From Fimbriimonadales bacterium (GTDB lineage Bacteria; Armatimonadota; Fimbriimonadia; Fimbriimonadales; ATM1): a stretch of DNA of 64,000 nucleotides. This document shows, one piece after another, positions 1-10,228 of this stretch (its first letter is position 1; each line of letters starts with the position of its first letter). Position numbers and translations under genes: made by a program. The stretch is taken from assembly GCA_051003155.1 (NCBI GenBank), contig JBPCLO010000051.1, positions 64,001 to 128,000 of the forward strand, given 5' to 3'. Under the pieces are notes generated by a model. It worked only from the letters and a program-made list of their open reading frames with translations, was not told the origin of the DNA and ran no database searches.

Positions 1-606
1 ACGGAAGGTCGCGGACGGTTCGGGCGCACTTGGTTCAGTCCAAGAGAGGGCTCGCTCTCACTTTCGATCGCACTCTTCGACTACGCGAATTGGCCCGCTC
101 CTCAGTTTCTGGGCATGGCGATCGCGCTCGGCGCCGCCGAGGCCCTCGGGTGCGGCGTGGTTTGGCCCAATGACCTTGTCCCTCCGCCCTCCCACCCCGG
201 GCTGCGCAAGCTTGGCGGCGTGTTGAGCGAGCTGGTTCGCGCGCCGGATGGGCGGCTCATTCCCGTCGTCGGCATCGGCATCAATATCGGCGTTGAGAGC
301 TTTCCGGGCGAACTCGCCGGGACGGCGACAGCATTGCATTTAGCCACAGGCGAAAACCTGACGCCGAAAGAGGTTTGCGAACGAATTCTCGGGGCCTTAA
401 GAGAAGTTCCGGAACCCAACAGATGGGGAGATATTGAGCTGCGATGGCGAGCGATTGATCGGACGAAGGGGAAGCTCTATAAGCTTCCGGATGGCAGGGT
501 GGCAAGCGCGATCGGGATCGGGGACCTAGGCCAATTGATCGGAGACGTCGACGGAGTGAAAATCGAAGTCTCATCTGCAGAAGGAATCTTCGGAGGAGCT
601 ATCTGA
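1..606 (+). CDS. birA: Biotin--[acetyl-CoA-carboxylase] ligase (5'-truncated by window edge)
   Basis: Frame 1 is open from base 1: TEGRGRFGRTWFSP (GRGR biotin-binding motif), then WPND, KLGGVL, VVGIGIN. Confidence 0.92.
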   Translation, partial: TEGRGRFGRTWFSPREGSLSLSIALFDYANWPAPQFLGMAIALGAAEALGCGVVWPNDLVPPPSHPGLRKLGGVLSELVRAPDGRLIPVVGIGINIGVESFPGELAGTATALHLATGENLTPKEVCERILGALREVPEPNRWGDIELRWRAIDRTKGKLYKLPDGRVASAIGIGDLGQLIGDVDGVKIEVSSAEGIFGGAI

Positions 607-1324
607 GAGGGAAGAACTCGGCGGACAACGTGCCGTTGGAGAATGTGTATCGGCCCGCAAATCTTGCGTGGCTGCCCGTTTGGCAGACCCAAGTTTCTTC
701 GACCTTGATTGGTTCCTCCAGGAAGTTGTGCGAATGCCCACCCAAGATCAGGTCGATGCCCAGAACCCTGGAGGCCAGTGCAAGGTCCTCGGTGAGGCCG
801 ATGTGAGAAAGACAGATTATTGTCTTTGCCGAATCCCTTAAGCGCTCCACGCAAGCCATCGCGGCTTTGATGGGTGACGTGTTGACGAAAGCGCTGATAT
901 GCTTCGCCGCCATTTTGTCCGTTACCATGGGCACCATCACTCCGAATACAGCGACGTCGCCCATGATCATTTCGGAAGGCAGCGGGTCCATGTCCATATC
1001 GAGGTCCTCGAGCAAGGCCTTATGCTTGCCTGTCTTCCACTTCAAGTTCGCCGCCAAGACAGGATGCATGCATCCCGCGAGCTTGGCTCGGAAGCCAGCC
1101 TCGGTAACGTGGAACTCTCGATTGCCCGGGACGCTGGCCGTGCAACGTGCGTCCGCCAGACGAGCCCAAACAGGGTCGATCGAGAGCGGAACCGCGACGT
1201 TGCCGGCTTTCACACAGTCGCCGCTGTCGAAATAGAAATCCGCGGTCGGGCGCAACGCCTTCAGCTTCTCGGCGGCTTCGGAATTGAGCTTGCCGTGCAG
1301 ATCGTTCGTATGCAGAATCACCAT
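599..1324 (-). CDS. Metallophosphoesterase, 5'-nucleotidase N-terminal-type domain only
   Basis: ILHTNDLHG, DSGD, GNRE (GNHE-like), LSHIG, LGGHSH motifs. Confidence 0.85.
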   Translation of the reverse strand: MVILHTNDLHGKLNSEAAEKLKALRPTADFYFDSGDCVKAGNVAVPLSIDPVWARLADARCTASVPGNREFHVTEAGFRAKLAGCMHPVLAANLKWKTGKHKALLEDLDMDMDPLPSEMIMGDVAVFGVMVPMVTDKMAAKHISAFVNTSPIKAAMACVERLRDSAKTIICLSHIGLTEDLALASRVLGIDLILGGHSHNFLEEPIKVEETWVCQTGSHARFAGRYTFSNGTLSAEFFPLR

Positions 1325-1401
1325 TGCGAACGTGAATACGATACCGGATAAAGCTATAGGCGGCTTCAGGCGTCATAATAAGACATGCAAGGAGGAACGC
1401 A

Positions 1402-1902
1402 ATGACGACCGCGATTTTGGCGGCCATGACTCTCATGAGCCCGCCGCCCGTTCAAGACTACACCGCCAATCTGCTCAAGGCAGGGACGATGGCCCCGAAT
1501 TTCACTTTGAAGACCCCGGCCGGCAAGGCGATCAAATTCAGCAACGTTTACAAGAAGAACAGAGCCACGATCCTCAATTTCTGGTTCTATCACTGAGGCG
1601 CCTGCCGTGAGGAGTTGCCTCACCTGAACAAGCTTTACAAACAAAACAAGGCCAAGGGCCTGGCGATCATTTCGATGAACCGGGGCGACTCGGCGAAAGT
1701 CGCCGGCGACTATTGGAAGAAGGAGGGCCTGGCTTTCCCCACCGTTCTTGGGCCGGACGCCTGGCACGACAAATACAAGGTCAGCGCTTATCCCACGAAC
1801 TACGTCGTGGGCAGATCCGGCAAGATTATCGCCCGCTTCGTCGGATGGGACGAAGCCGCTATGAAGAAAATTCTGCGTTCCAAAGGCATCCCCGCTAACT
1901 AG
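1402..1902 (+). CDS. TlpA/ResA-like thioredoxin-fold redoxin, probable selenoprotein (UGA at 1594-1596 read as Sec)
   Basis: ORFs 1402-1596 and 1615-1902 are in one frame: APNFTLK...LNFWFYH-U-GAC-REELPHL...YPTNYVV. UGA occupies the first Cys of CxxC; GGAGG RBS upstream. Confidence 0.85.
1597..1626 (+). promoter_or_regulatory. Putative bacterial SECIS element
   Basis: Perfect stem GTGAGG(1607-1612)/CCTCAC(1618-1623) with loop AGTTG starting 16 nt after the UGA. Confidence 0.65.
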
Positions 1903-1985
1903 ACGCGGATACCCGATGCCCTCTGCGATGCCGGGCTCCGTGAAGGAGTGTGGCATCGCATTGAACGAGGTAATCTCTGCCTCCG

Positions 1986-2609
1986 ATGGACCTGATCCAA
2001 TTGACCCCCGGAGGCAGCCGACCTAAGGCGCCAAAACCCGAGAACGTCGAGCTTCATTTCAGCGAAAAGGCCGTCCTCGAACTTGAAAGGTTGGTGACCC
2101 ACTACCCCGACAAGAAATCTGCGATGCTGCCTGCGCTGTGGATTGCTCAACGTGAATACGGTGGCTACCTACCCGCAGATGCTCTTGCCGAAGTGGCGCT
2201 CCGCTTGGAAAGAAGCTACGCCGAGGTCGAAGGCGTCGCCACTTTCTATTCGATGTACCACCCACACCACGCCGTAGGGAAACACCTCATCGAGGTCTGC
2301 ACGTGCCTGTCCTGCCACGTCTGTAGCGCATACCGAATCGCCGACTACCTGAAGGAGAAGTTGAAGATCGACTGGATGGGGACCACCGAGGACGGCATGT
2401 TCACGCTCGAAGAGGTGGAGTGCTTAGACGCTTGCGATCGAGCGCCGGTGCTGCAGATCGGCGATCAGTACTATGGGCCCGTAACGGAGAAAGACGTCGA
2501 CGACTTGCTCGACAAGCTTCGCGCCGCCCCTGAACCGACGACTATCAAGCTTGCAGACGAAATCGTGCAGGCCCAACTGCATAAGTCAGACCAAGAACGC
2601 ATTTCTTAA
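1986..2609 (+). CDS. nuoE: NADH-quinone oxidoreductase subunit E (2Fe-2S)
   Basis: SAMLPALWIAQREYG, VATFYSMY, CTCLSC...ECLDAC. Confidence 0.9.
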   Translation: MDLIQLTPGGSRPKAPKPENVELHFSEKAVLELERLVTHYPDKKSAMLPALWIAQREYGGYLPADALAEVALRLERSYAEVEGVATFYSMYHPHHAVGKHLIEVCTCLSCHVCSAYRIADYLKEKLKIDWMGTTEDGMFTLEEVECLDACDRAPVLQIGDQYYGPVTEKDVDDLLDKLRAAPEPTTIKLADEIVQAQLHKSDQERIS

Positions 2610-2642
2610 GGCATCGAACATAAACCGCCGGGCGATAGGCGG

Positions 2643-5255
2643 CTATCTCTTTTTACTTGTAGCCACGCCCTTCGGCTCGAACTCGAAGCTCCCATCGCGG
2701 TAGTCGACAAGGACCATACCGCCGTCGCCAACGGTTCCTTTGAGAATCTCCTGTGCCAGAGGGTTGAGGACTTCGCGTTGAATCGCGCGCTTTAGCGGCC
2801 TTGCGCCGAATGTCGGATCGTAACCGAGAGCCGCCAACTGGTCTTTCGCCGCATCCGTCAGCTCGAGGTTGATCTTGCGGCCGGAAAGCCGTTTGGCTAG
2901 TAAACGGACTTGGATCTCGACGATTTGCTTGATCTCCATCGGACTCAGCGGGCTGAAGACCACGATGTCGTCGATCCGGTTCAAGAACTCCGGCCGGAAA
3001 AAACTCCTAACGGCCTCCATCACCCGTCGCTTTACGTCCTCCGTGATGTCGAGCGGCATGTCGCCGTATTCGTGGGACCCCAAGTTGCTCGTCATGATCA
3101 CGACCGCATTGCGAAAGTCGACCGTCCGTCCCTGTCCGTCAGTCAGCCTTCCGTCGTCGAGCAACTGGAGGAGAACATTGAAGACTTCGGGGTGTGCCTT
3201 CTCGATCTCGTCGAGAAGGATGACGCTGTACGGCTTGCGCCGAACGGCCTCGGTAAGCTGGCCCCCCTCTTCGTAGCCGACGTATCCCGGGGGCGCTCCA
3301 ATCAGGCGCGCCACAGTGTGCTTCTCCTGGTACTCGCTCATGTCGATGCGGATCATGCTTCGCTCGTCGTCGAAAAGTAGCTCAGCCAGCGCACGGGCGA
3401 GTTCTGTTTTGCCCACCCCGGTTGGACCGAGGAACAGGAACGAGCCGACGGGCCGATTTGGATCGGCGATGCCGCTCCGAGACCGTCGAACTGCGTCGCT
3501 CACAACCCGAATCGCTTCGTCCTGGCCGACCACACGGTCATGCAGCCGGTCGTCCATCTTGAGAAGCTTGGCCATCTCTCCCTCGACGAGTCTCGAAACA
3601 GGGATCCCGGTCCACTTGGCCACAACCTCGGCCACATCCTCGTCGTCGACTTCTTCCTTGAGCATCTTCTGGTCTTTCTGAAGCCTTGCCAATTCCTCCT
3701 CGAAATCGCGTACTTGCTCGCTCAGCTGCGGCAGTTCGCCGTGCTGGATTTGCGCCGCGCGTTCCCAGTCCTGGTCGCGCTCTGCTTGCTGCAATGCCGT
3801 CCGTGCTGCCTCCATTTGCTCTTTGACGCCGCGAATTTCCGCGATCTTGTCCTTTTCGCTTTGCCAATGAGCCGCGAGGACAGACCGCTGTTCATTAAGC
3901 TCGGCAAGCTCCCTTTCGAGTCTCTCCAGCCTCTCCTTGCTCGCGTCGTCCTCCTCCTTGCGCAACGCCTGCTTTTCGATTTCGAGCTGGGCCACTCGCC
4001 TGTCGAGGGTGTCGATCTCCGTCGGCACGCTGTCGATCTCCATGCGCAGGCGGCTCGCGGCTTCGTCCATCAAGTCGATCGCTTTGTCGGGAAGAAATCG
4101 GTCGGTGATGTATCTGTCGCTGAGTGTCACCGCCGCCACAATTGCCGAATCCGTAATGCGAACGCCGTGGTGGACCTCGTACCTCTCCTTCAAGCCGCGA
4201 AGGATCGCGATCGCGTCCTCGACGCTCGGCTGGTCCACCATTACCGGCTGGAACCGCCTCTCAAGCGCCGCGTCCTTCTCGATGTACTTCCGGTACTCGT
4301 CGAGCGTCGTCGCGCCGACGCAGCGCAGCTCGCCTCTAGCGAGCTTTGGCTTGAGCATGTTCGCCGCGTCCATGGAACCTTCCGCCCGGCCGGCGCCCAC
4401 CAAGTTGTGGAGCTCGTCGATAAACAGAATGATCTCCCCATCCGAAGCCTCGATATCCTCCAACACCGCCTTCAGCCGCTCTTCGAACTCGCCCCGGAAC
4501 TTCGCACCCGCAACAAGAGCGCCCAGGTCCAGGGAAACGACGCTCTTTCCCTTCAGGCCCTCCGGAACGTCGCCGGCCACAACCCTTTGCGCCAACCCCT
4601 CGGCGATCGCGGTTTTGCCTACGCCCGGCTCCCCGATCAGCACGGGGTTGTTCTTGGTTCGGCGGCTCAGCACTTGCACCACCCGGCGGATCTCCGCGTC
4701 GCGTCCGATTACCGGGTCGAGATCGCCCTTTCGCGCCGCCGCCGTCAAGTCGCGGCCGTACTTTTCGAGCGCCTGATACTTGTCCTCGGGTGACTGGTCG
4801 GTGACCCTTCGCCCCCCGCGAATGCTCTCGATCGCCCTTTCCAAATTCTGGACATCGGCTCCTGCGGCTCGCAGGGCGCGCCCCGCGAAGCCCTTGGTAT
4901 CCGACGCTATTCCGAGAAGCAGATGCTCCGTGCTCACGTAGTCGTCGTCGAGTTTCTCAGCCTCGCGAAACGCATGGTCGATTGCCTCGCGCAGACGATT
5001 GCCGAGAGCAGATCCGTACGCAGATGCGCCCTGAACCTTAGACTGCCTCTCCAAGTCTGAGCGCACCTCGGCTTCGAGAGGCGACGAAGCAGCCCCGACT
5101 TTATCCAGCAGAGGCTTCGCGATTCCCTCAGATTGTTGCAAAAGCGCAAGCAGCAGGTGTTCGGGCTCGATCTGGGTGTGCTGACAGTCTTCGGCGATCG
5201 TTTGCGCGGCTTGGACGGCGTCCTGGCCCTTCAGGGTTAGCTTGTCGAGTCTCAT
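2643..5255 (-). CDS. clpB: ATP-dependent chaperone ClpB
   Basis: Two AAA+ modules ([16 protein letters not shown]), coiled-coil M domain, GAPPGYVGY; 870 aa. Confidence 0.98.
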   Translation of the reverse strand: MRLDKLTLKGQDAVQAAQTIAEDCQHTQIEPEHLLLALLQQSEGIAKPLLDKVGAASSPLEAEVRSDLERQSKVQGASAYGSALGNRLREAIDHAFREAEKLDDDYVSTEHLLLGIASDTKGFAGRALRAAGADVQNLERAIESIRGGRRVTDQSPEDKYQALEKYGRDLTAAARKGDLDPVIGRDAEIRRVVQVLSRRTKNNPVLIGEPGVGKTAIAEGLAQRVVAGDVPEGLKGKSVVSLDLGALVAGAKFRGEFEERLKAVLEDIEASDGEIILFIDELHNLVGAGRAEGSMDAANMLKPKLARGELRCVGATTLDEYRKYIEKDAALERRFQPVMVDQPSVEDAIAILRGLKERYEVHHGVRITDSAIVAAVTLSDRYITDRFLPDKAIDLMDEAASRLRMEIDSVPTEIDTLDRRVAQLEIEKQALRKEEDDASKERLERLERELAELNEQRSVLAAHWQSEKDKIAEIRGVKEQMEAARTALQQAERDQDWERAAQIQHGELPQLSEQVRDFEEELARLQKDQKMLKEEVDDEDVAEVVAKWTGIPVSRLVEGEMAKLLKMDDRLHDRVVGQDEAIRVVSDAVRRSRSGIADPNRPVGSFLFLGPTGVGKTELARALAELLFDDERSMIRIDMSEYQEKHTVARLIGAPPGYVGYEEGGQLTEAVRRKPYSVILLDEIEKAHPEVFNVLLQLLDDGRLTDGQGRTVDFRNAVVIMTSNLGSHEYGDMPLDITEDVKRRVMEAVRSFFRPEFLNRIDDIVVFSPLSPMEIKQIVEIQVRLLAKRLSGRKINLELTDAAKDQLAALGYDPTFGARPLKRAIQREVLNPLAQEILKGTVGDGGMVLVDYRDGSFEFEPKGVATSKKR

Positions 5256-5297
5256 TTCTTCTAGAGCGAGTACCTGTTATACTCCAGGGGCCAAGAT

Positions 5298-5329
5298 ACA
5301 AGAGACCCCCGCCCTAAACAGGACGGGGG
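5298..5329 (-). terminator. Probable intrinsic terminator downstream of 5351-6073 gene
   Basis: Minus strand CCCCCGTCCT-gttt-AGGGCGGGGG followed by TCTCTTGT. Confidence 0.6.
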
Positions 5330-5350
5330 CCCAGCCCAACGTAAGCCATT

Positions 5351-6073
5351 TTACTTGTCGATTCGGGTAACGGTGGCGGTGGCGTCGGTGGGCGGCATGC
5401 TGGCGTCGAACTGCACATTCTTCATGCTGTACGTGCCCTTTACGAGTTCGCCCGCAGAGGCGGTCAGCCAGACGGTGCCGGCTCCGGTCATCGGCGTATC
5501 ACCGGCGGTCTCCTTATAGGTGAAGCCAATTCTTAGGTTCTTGGCTTCGCCCACGGTCTCGACCGCTTCGAGGGTATAGGTCGCTTCAGCATCTACGGTG
5601 TTCTTGCTAGCGTCGCCCTTCACCTTCCTGCTCCAAGGCTCGCCAATCTTTACTTCCTTGTTCGGATAGTAGAACGCGAAGGCATTCTCCAGTCTCTCCT
5701 GGCGCGCTTCGCTTGGCGAATCGCTCTTCGATTCGAGCGGTTCGCCGTTCGCGTTGAACGTTGTCGTGGTCGTGTACTTCTGCTCGCCCATCATCTGGGT
5801 CATGTCCTCACCGTTGACCATCAACGAAAAGGCGTCCGCAGCGATCTCGACGACGACCTTACCGCCTTCGACCTTGGTGATCTTCTCGGTGTGGTTCATC
5901 GCGAAGTTCATATCCATCTTCTGGCCGCCGGCGTCGATATTCGCGGCAACAGCGATCTTGAACTTCGAGGTCTTGCCGACCTCCGGCTTCCATTCGACTT
6001 TGGCGCTCTCTTGCGCCGCGAAGGCGGCCACGGCCAATAACGCTGCAGCCCCCACAAAAAGTTTGGTTCTCAT
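5351..6073 (-). CDS. Secreted beta-rich hypothetical protein (DUF6263-like)
   Basis: Signal peptide MRTKLFVGAAALLAVAAFAA; AGGAGA RBS; resembles 42443-43192. Confidence 0.7.
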   Translation of the reverse strand: MRTKLFVGAAALLAVAAFAAQESAKVEWKPEVGKTSKFKIAVAANIDAGGQKMDMNFAMNHTEKITKVEGGKVVVEIAADAFSLMVNGEDMTQMMGEQKYTTTTTFNANGEPLESKSDSPSEARQERLENAFAFYYPNKEVKIGEPWSRKVKGDASKNTVDAEATYTLEAVETVGEAKNLRIGFTYKETAGDTPMTGAGTVWLTASAGELVKGTYSMKNVQFDASMPPTDATATVTRIDK

Positions 6074-6145
6074 GTTGTAAATTATGTCTCCTTGACGCAT
6101 CCTTCAGGAATACGTGCGAGCAGTAGTCTTAGTTGCTGTCATTTA

Positions 6146-6721
6146 CTATCGATTTAGCACTCGCATTACCCAGTTGCTAATGATCGACTTGCCATGCTCC
6201 GTGAGGATGCTCTCCGGGTGGAACTGCACGCCTTCCACGTCTAAGTCCCGGTGTCGCAACCCCATGATCTCGCCATCGTCGGCAGTCGCAGTGATTTCGA
6301 GTTCCGCCGGCAAGCTGTCACGCTCGACGACGAGACTGTGATAACGAATCCCTCGGAACGGCGACGGCAAGCCTTCGAAGACTCCCTTGCCGTCGTGCGA
6401 GATGGCGGACTCCTTGCCATGCATGATCCTTTCCGCCCGAACGATCTTGCCGCCATAAACTTCGCCGATTGCTTGCATCCCCAAGCACACTCCGAAGATG
6501 GGAGCCTTGCCCGCAAACGCCCTAACCAATTCTTCACTGATCCCAGCCTTGTCCGGCGTGCAAGGGCCGGGCGAGATCAAAACGGCTTGAGGATTCAACG
6601 CCACCGCTCCTTCGACGCTGACTTCGTCATTCCGCTTCACCAAGATCTCCGCCCCCGATTCCTCCGCCAACTGGGCCACGTTGTACGTGAAACTATCGTA
6701 GTTGTCGAGGAGCAGGATCAT
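6146..6721 (-). CDS. trpG: Anthranilate synthase component II / glutamine amidotransferase
   Basis: MILLLDNYDSFTYN, SPGPC, GVCLG, VQFHPES; ATGA overlap with trpE stop. Confidence 0.93.
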   Translation of the reverse strand: MILLLDNYDSFTYNVAQLAEESGAEILVKRNDEVSVEGAVALNPQAVLISPGPCTPDKAGISEELVRAFAGKAPIFGVCLGMQAIGEVYGGKIVRAERIMHGKESAISHDGKGVFEGLPSPFRGIRYHSLVVERDSLPAELEITATADDGEIMGLRHRDLDVEGVQFHPESILTEHGKSIISNWVMRVLNR

Positions 6722-8178
6722 TGAAGGTCGCCGCCCTCGGCCGTCTCGATCGCGCTGATCACGGCCGCCGCCTTGCACGCGCACTCCTCCCACTCCTTCT
6801 CGGGGATGCTGTCATACACGATGCCCGCACCGGCCTGAACGTGGGCAACGCCGTCCTTTAGAAAAATGGTCCGGATCGCGATCGCCATGTCCATATCTCC
6901 ATCGTAACCGAAATAGCCCACCGCCCCGGCATAAAGCCCGCGACGGCTGGTTTCGAGTTCGTCGATGATCTCCATCGCCCTCACTTTCGGTGCGCCTGAG
7001 ACCGTACCGGCAGGGAAGCAAGCGCGAAGAGCGTCGAAGCAATCGAGGCCGTCCTTCATCTCGCCCGTCACATCGCTGACGATGTGCATCACGTGCGAGT
7101 ACCGTTCCACAACCATCAACTCGTTGACTTCGACGGTCCCCGCCTTCGCGATCCTGCCGATGTCGTTGCGCCCCAGATCGACGAGCATGATGTGCTCTGC
7201 GCGCTCCTTCTCGTCGGCGAGAAGCTCTTCCTCCAACTTACGGTCGCATTCCTCCGTGTCGCCGCGTGGCCTCGTTCCGGCGATGGGCCTAACCCGAGCT
7301 CGGTTGCCCTGCACAGTCACGAGCACCTCGGGCGACGCGCCGATCACGTCGAAATCGCCGAACCGGATCAGGTACATGTAAGGCGACGGGTTCAGGTACC
7401 TCAGGCTTCGGTAGAGAGCGATGGGGTGCGAGCTCACCGGAGCGGAATAGCGTTGGCTGATGACCATCTGCACGCCGTCTCCGGCTGCGATGTATTCCCT
7501 CGTTCGCGCTACGGCCTCCTCGTAGTGGTCGCGGCTGACGTTGGAAGTGAACGTGGCCCGCCGCTTCGGGCTATCCGGAATCGGGGGTATCGCCGCACGA
7601 AGCCGTTCGATAATCCCTTCGATCTGCTCTGCCGCACGCTCGTAAGAGCCCGCTTCGTCCGTCGCGTGTGCGATTACCAATATGCGGTTTTTGGCATGAT
7701 CGAAAGCCACCATCGAATCGCAGACGAGCATATGCATGTCGTCGCAATTCGGGTCGTCCGTGTTCGCATCGGGGAGCCTCTCGAAGAACCGAACGAGGTC
7801 ATAGGCGAGCATCCCCACCGCACCGCCCGTAAACGGCGGCAGCCCTTCCAAATGCGCGTACGGTCTTTCGTGGAGCAGTTCGCGGATCGTGTCGAGCGGC
7901 GAACCGCCCTCAGGAGTCTCGAACTCTTGCTCGCCCGAGTGGCCCATGCGCCCTTTCGACCGGACGACGAGTGACGGATCGACCCCTATAAAGCTGTATC
8001 GCCCCAGCCGCTCGCCGCCCGTAACCGATTCGAGCAGGAAGCTGTGTGTTTTATCGTGGGCGAGCTTCCAATAAGCGCTCGTGGGGGTCTCGAGGTCGGC
8101 AAGAACCTCCGCATATACGGGGACGCGCTTGCCCCCCTGCGCGAGCCTCGCAACCTCCTCCGCCCCCGGCCGAATCAT
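6718..8178 (-). CDS. trpE: Anthranilate synthase component I
   Basis: FLLES, NPSPYM, PIAGT, AEHIMLVDLGRND, PAGTVSGAPK. Confidence 0.96.
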   Translation of the reverse strand: MIRPGAEEVARLAQGGKRVPVYAEVLADLETPTSAYWKLAHDKTHSFLLESVTGGERLGRYSFIGVDPSLVVRSKGRMGHSGEQEFETPEGGSPLDTIRELLHERPYAHLEGLPPFTGGAVGMLAYDLVRFFERLPDANTDDPNCDDMHMLVCDSMVAFDHAKNRILVIAHATDEAGSYERAAEQIEGIIERLRAAIPPIPDSPKRRATFTSNVSRDHYEEAVARTREYIAAGDGVQMVISQRYSAPVSSHPIALYRSLRYLNPSPYMYLIRFGDFDVIGASPEVLVTVQGNRARVRPIAGTRPRGDTEECDRKLEEELLADEKERAEHIMLVDLGRNDIGRIAKAGTVEVNELMVVERYSHVMHIVSDVTGEMKDGLDCFDALRACFPAGTVSGAPKVRAMEIIDELETSRRGLYAGAVGYFGYDGDMDMAIAIRTIFLKDGVAHVQAGAGIVYDSIPEKEWEECACKAAAVISAIETAEGGDLQ

Positions 8179-8232
8179 GCGCGACAGTATATCCGGCTAA
8201 CCTTCGGGGACCTAATGGCCAGTCGGATCTCC

Positions 8233-9687
8233 TTATCCCGGGAAAGTCCACCACGCGCGGTCGATGCGGCCGAACCACGGGTACACGAATATCGAGCCAA
8301 TGGCCCTGAAACTGACCCGTGCCTTAATAGCCAGGGTAACGGGTTGTATGAAGCGGGACGGATTGCTTGTGACATTCACTGTGACGGTGCCATCTGATGT
8401 TGTCGCCAAGCGCGTGTCTAGAACCTCATACAAGCCGGTTACATAGTTGTAGAGTGAGATCTTCTGCTCGGCGTTGGCGATGCTGGCGTTCGACACTAGC
8501 GAGAAGCTGAACCAGGTCGGCGAAGAAGTCGGCGCCTTCGCGTTGAGGATGATCTGTATTGGGGGCTCGCCAGACGAGAACGCCGCCCCCGGCCTCATCA
8601 CGAGCCTATTGTCGTCACTATTCCGCGACGAGGCTAGATTGCCCGAAATGACCGAGCCGCGAAACATGCTGTAGGAAGTTGGCGCAATTGGTCTGGACCC
8701 CCTAACTGGAGTCCATACAAATGGTTGCGGCTGCCAACCCGGCCGCCTGGCCCAACCCGCGATGGTGCCGTTACCGTCGATGCCCAAGGCATGGGACTCT
8801 TCGAACTCTGGTGGAAGAAACTGGTGAAGATCTAGCAAGGTTTCAGCAGTTCCAGACCAAACGAAAGCGTGGGCACGCTCGGCGCCCGGCGGTCCGCCGC
8901 TCCCGACCTGCTGAATGCCATTCGTCGCAATCGCAGCGGCTCCCCATGTGGGCGGCGTAAGATCGATAAAGCCTTTGCCATCGGTGTGCCAACGAATTGC
9001 ACGACCTGTGCCATCTTTGATTGACGAACCTACGATCTGTTCTCCATGGATTCCATTGGCGAATCCGTTGTTATAACCTTTGGGCAGCGGCAGCAATACC
9101 ATGCTCCCGGCAGTTCCGCTCCACATGACAGGAATACGCCCCTCTAGGTTGCCGATCTGCCGGTCTCCCCATACGCCGTAAGCGACGGAGTCTTGATATC
9201 CGTCTGGGTGCAGTTCAACCAAAGTTTCTGCTGTTCCTCGCCAAAGCACTGCATGCCCAATGCCCCCGCCCCTTCCTCCACCTCCAACCTGGCTCGTCCC
9301 GTCGGTTGCACGAGCTTCCGTGCCGCTACCATACAGATCCGGACGATGCAGATCGACGACGCTGCCTGCCGACCCCGACCATATGACGGCGTGGCGGCGG
9401 TCCGCTATCACGCCATAGCCCCCCTGCTTTCCGCCGCCGACCCCGATAACCGCGGAGCCATCGAAACCCGGCGGATGTAAGTTGACATACTTATCGTATG
9501 GAGGACCTTCCCAGAGGAGAGCCCCTTCTCCGGCCCCGAACCCCGCGCCGATGATCTGACCTCCTCCTGCGCCGAGCGCCCATCCGAACTCGCTCTCCGT
9601 CGGAAGTTCCTGAACTGTATATTGCGCAGAAACGGAAAGGGCACAAATTGCCATTAAAAAAGTTGGAGCAAACTTCGAATAGTTCAT
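8233..9687 (-). CDS. Secreted beta-repeat protein with conserved 150-aa C-terminal domain
   Basis: Signal peptide MNYSKFAPTFLMAICALSVSA; repeats HAxxWSGTAxxxVDLHP; paralogue of 55239-56687. Confidence 0.8.
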   Translation of the reverse strand: MNYSKFAPTFLMAICALSVSAQYTVQELPTESEFGWALGAGGGQIIGAGFGAGEGALLWEGPPYDKYVNLHPPGFDGSAVIGVGGGKQGGYGVIADRRHAVIWSGSAGSVVDLHRPDLYGSGTEARATDGTSQVGGGGRGGGIGHAVLWRGTAETLVELHPDGYQDSVAYGVWGDRQIGNLEGRIPVMWSGTAGSMVLLPLPKGYNNGFANGIHGEQIVGSSIKDGTGRAIRWHTDGKGFIDLTPPTWGAAAIATNGIQQVGSGGPPGAERAHAFVWSGTAETLLDLHQFLPPEFEESHALGIDGNGTIAGWARRPGWQPQPFVWTPVRGSRPIAPTSYSMFRGSVISGNLASSRNSDDNRLVMRPGAAFSSGEPPIQIILNAKAPTSSPTWFSFSLVSNASIANAEQKISLYNYVTGLYEVLDTRLATTSDGTVTVNVTSNPSRFIQPVTLAIKARVSFRAIGSIFVYPWFGRIDRAWWTFPG

Positions 9688-10228
9688 TTCCAAAAACCTC
9701 TGTTTGAAGAAGTGTTCGGAGCCGCCACGCCACTTGCATAGCGGCCCCGAACTGCTTTCTACGTACCGATCTTGACGTAGCGTGCCAAGCAAGGCGTAGC
9801 ATCATCGTCGTCGTTATGGCGAAGACCATATAGAAGCCTGGCGGCGCGACTCCACCGTTCGCAGGCGAAGAAACGTTCCGCGTGCGGCCGGCTTGTGTAA
9901 AGGTGCAACCGATGAACCTTTGGCCCTGGTCAAAGCCCGCGACTCGTGCCTTAGTAGAGTTTTGAACCTAATCAGGCTGGAATGTGTGCTCATTCCGGGA
10001 GATGAGCAAGTGATTCCTGGGAGCCAGTGCTCCCATTGAATCAGCGAGCGCGCCCTCGGGACGAATGAATGGTTCCCGGGAACAAGCGAGGGATTCCTGG
10101 GATCGGCCAGTCCGCCAAGGGGACCGGCGAGTGCTCCCCGGGGCCGACTGGATGGCTCCTCGGAATGATCGGATTGGCCCTCGGAGTCGATGGGCGAATC
10201 CGCGTGGGAGGATCGTCGGCACGCCGAC

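Noticed and set aside
3540..4793. 417-aa plus-strand ORF within clpB, and similar ones within ftsH, trpE, the RND permease and the S8 genes
   Set aside because: Antisense open frames typical of high-GC codon bias; no recognisable motifs
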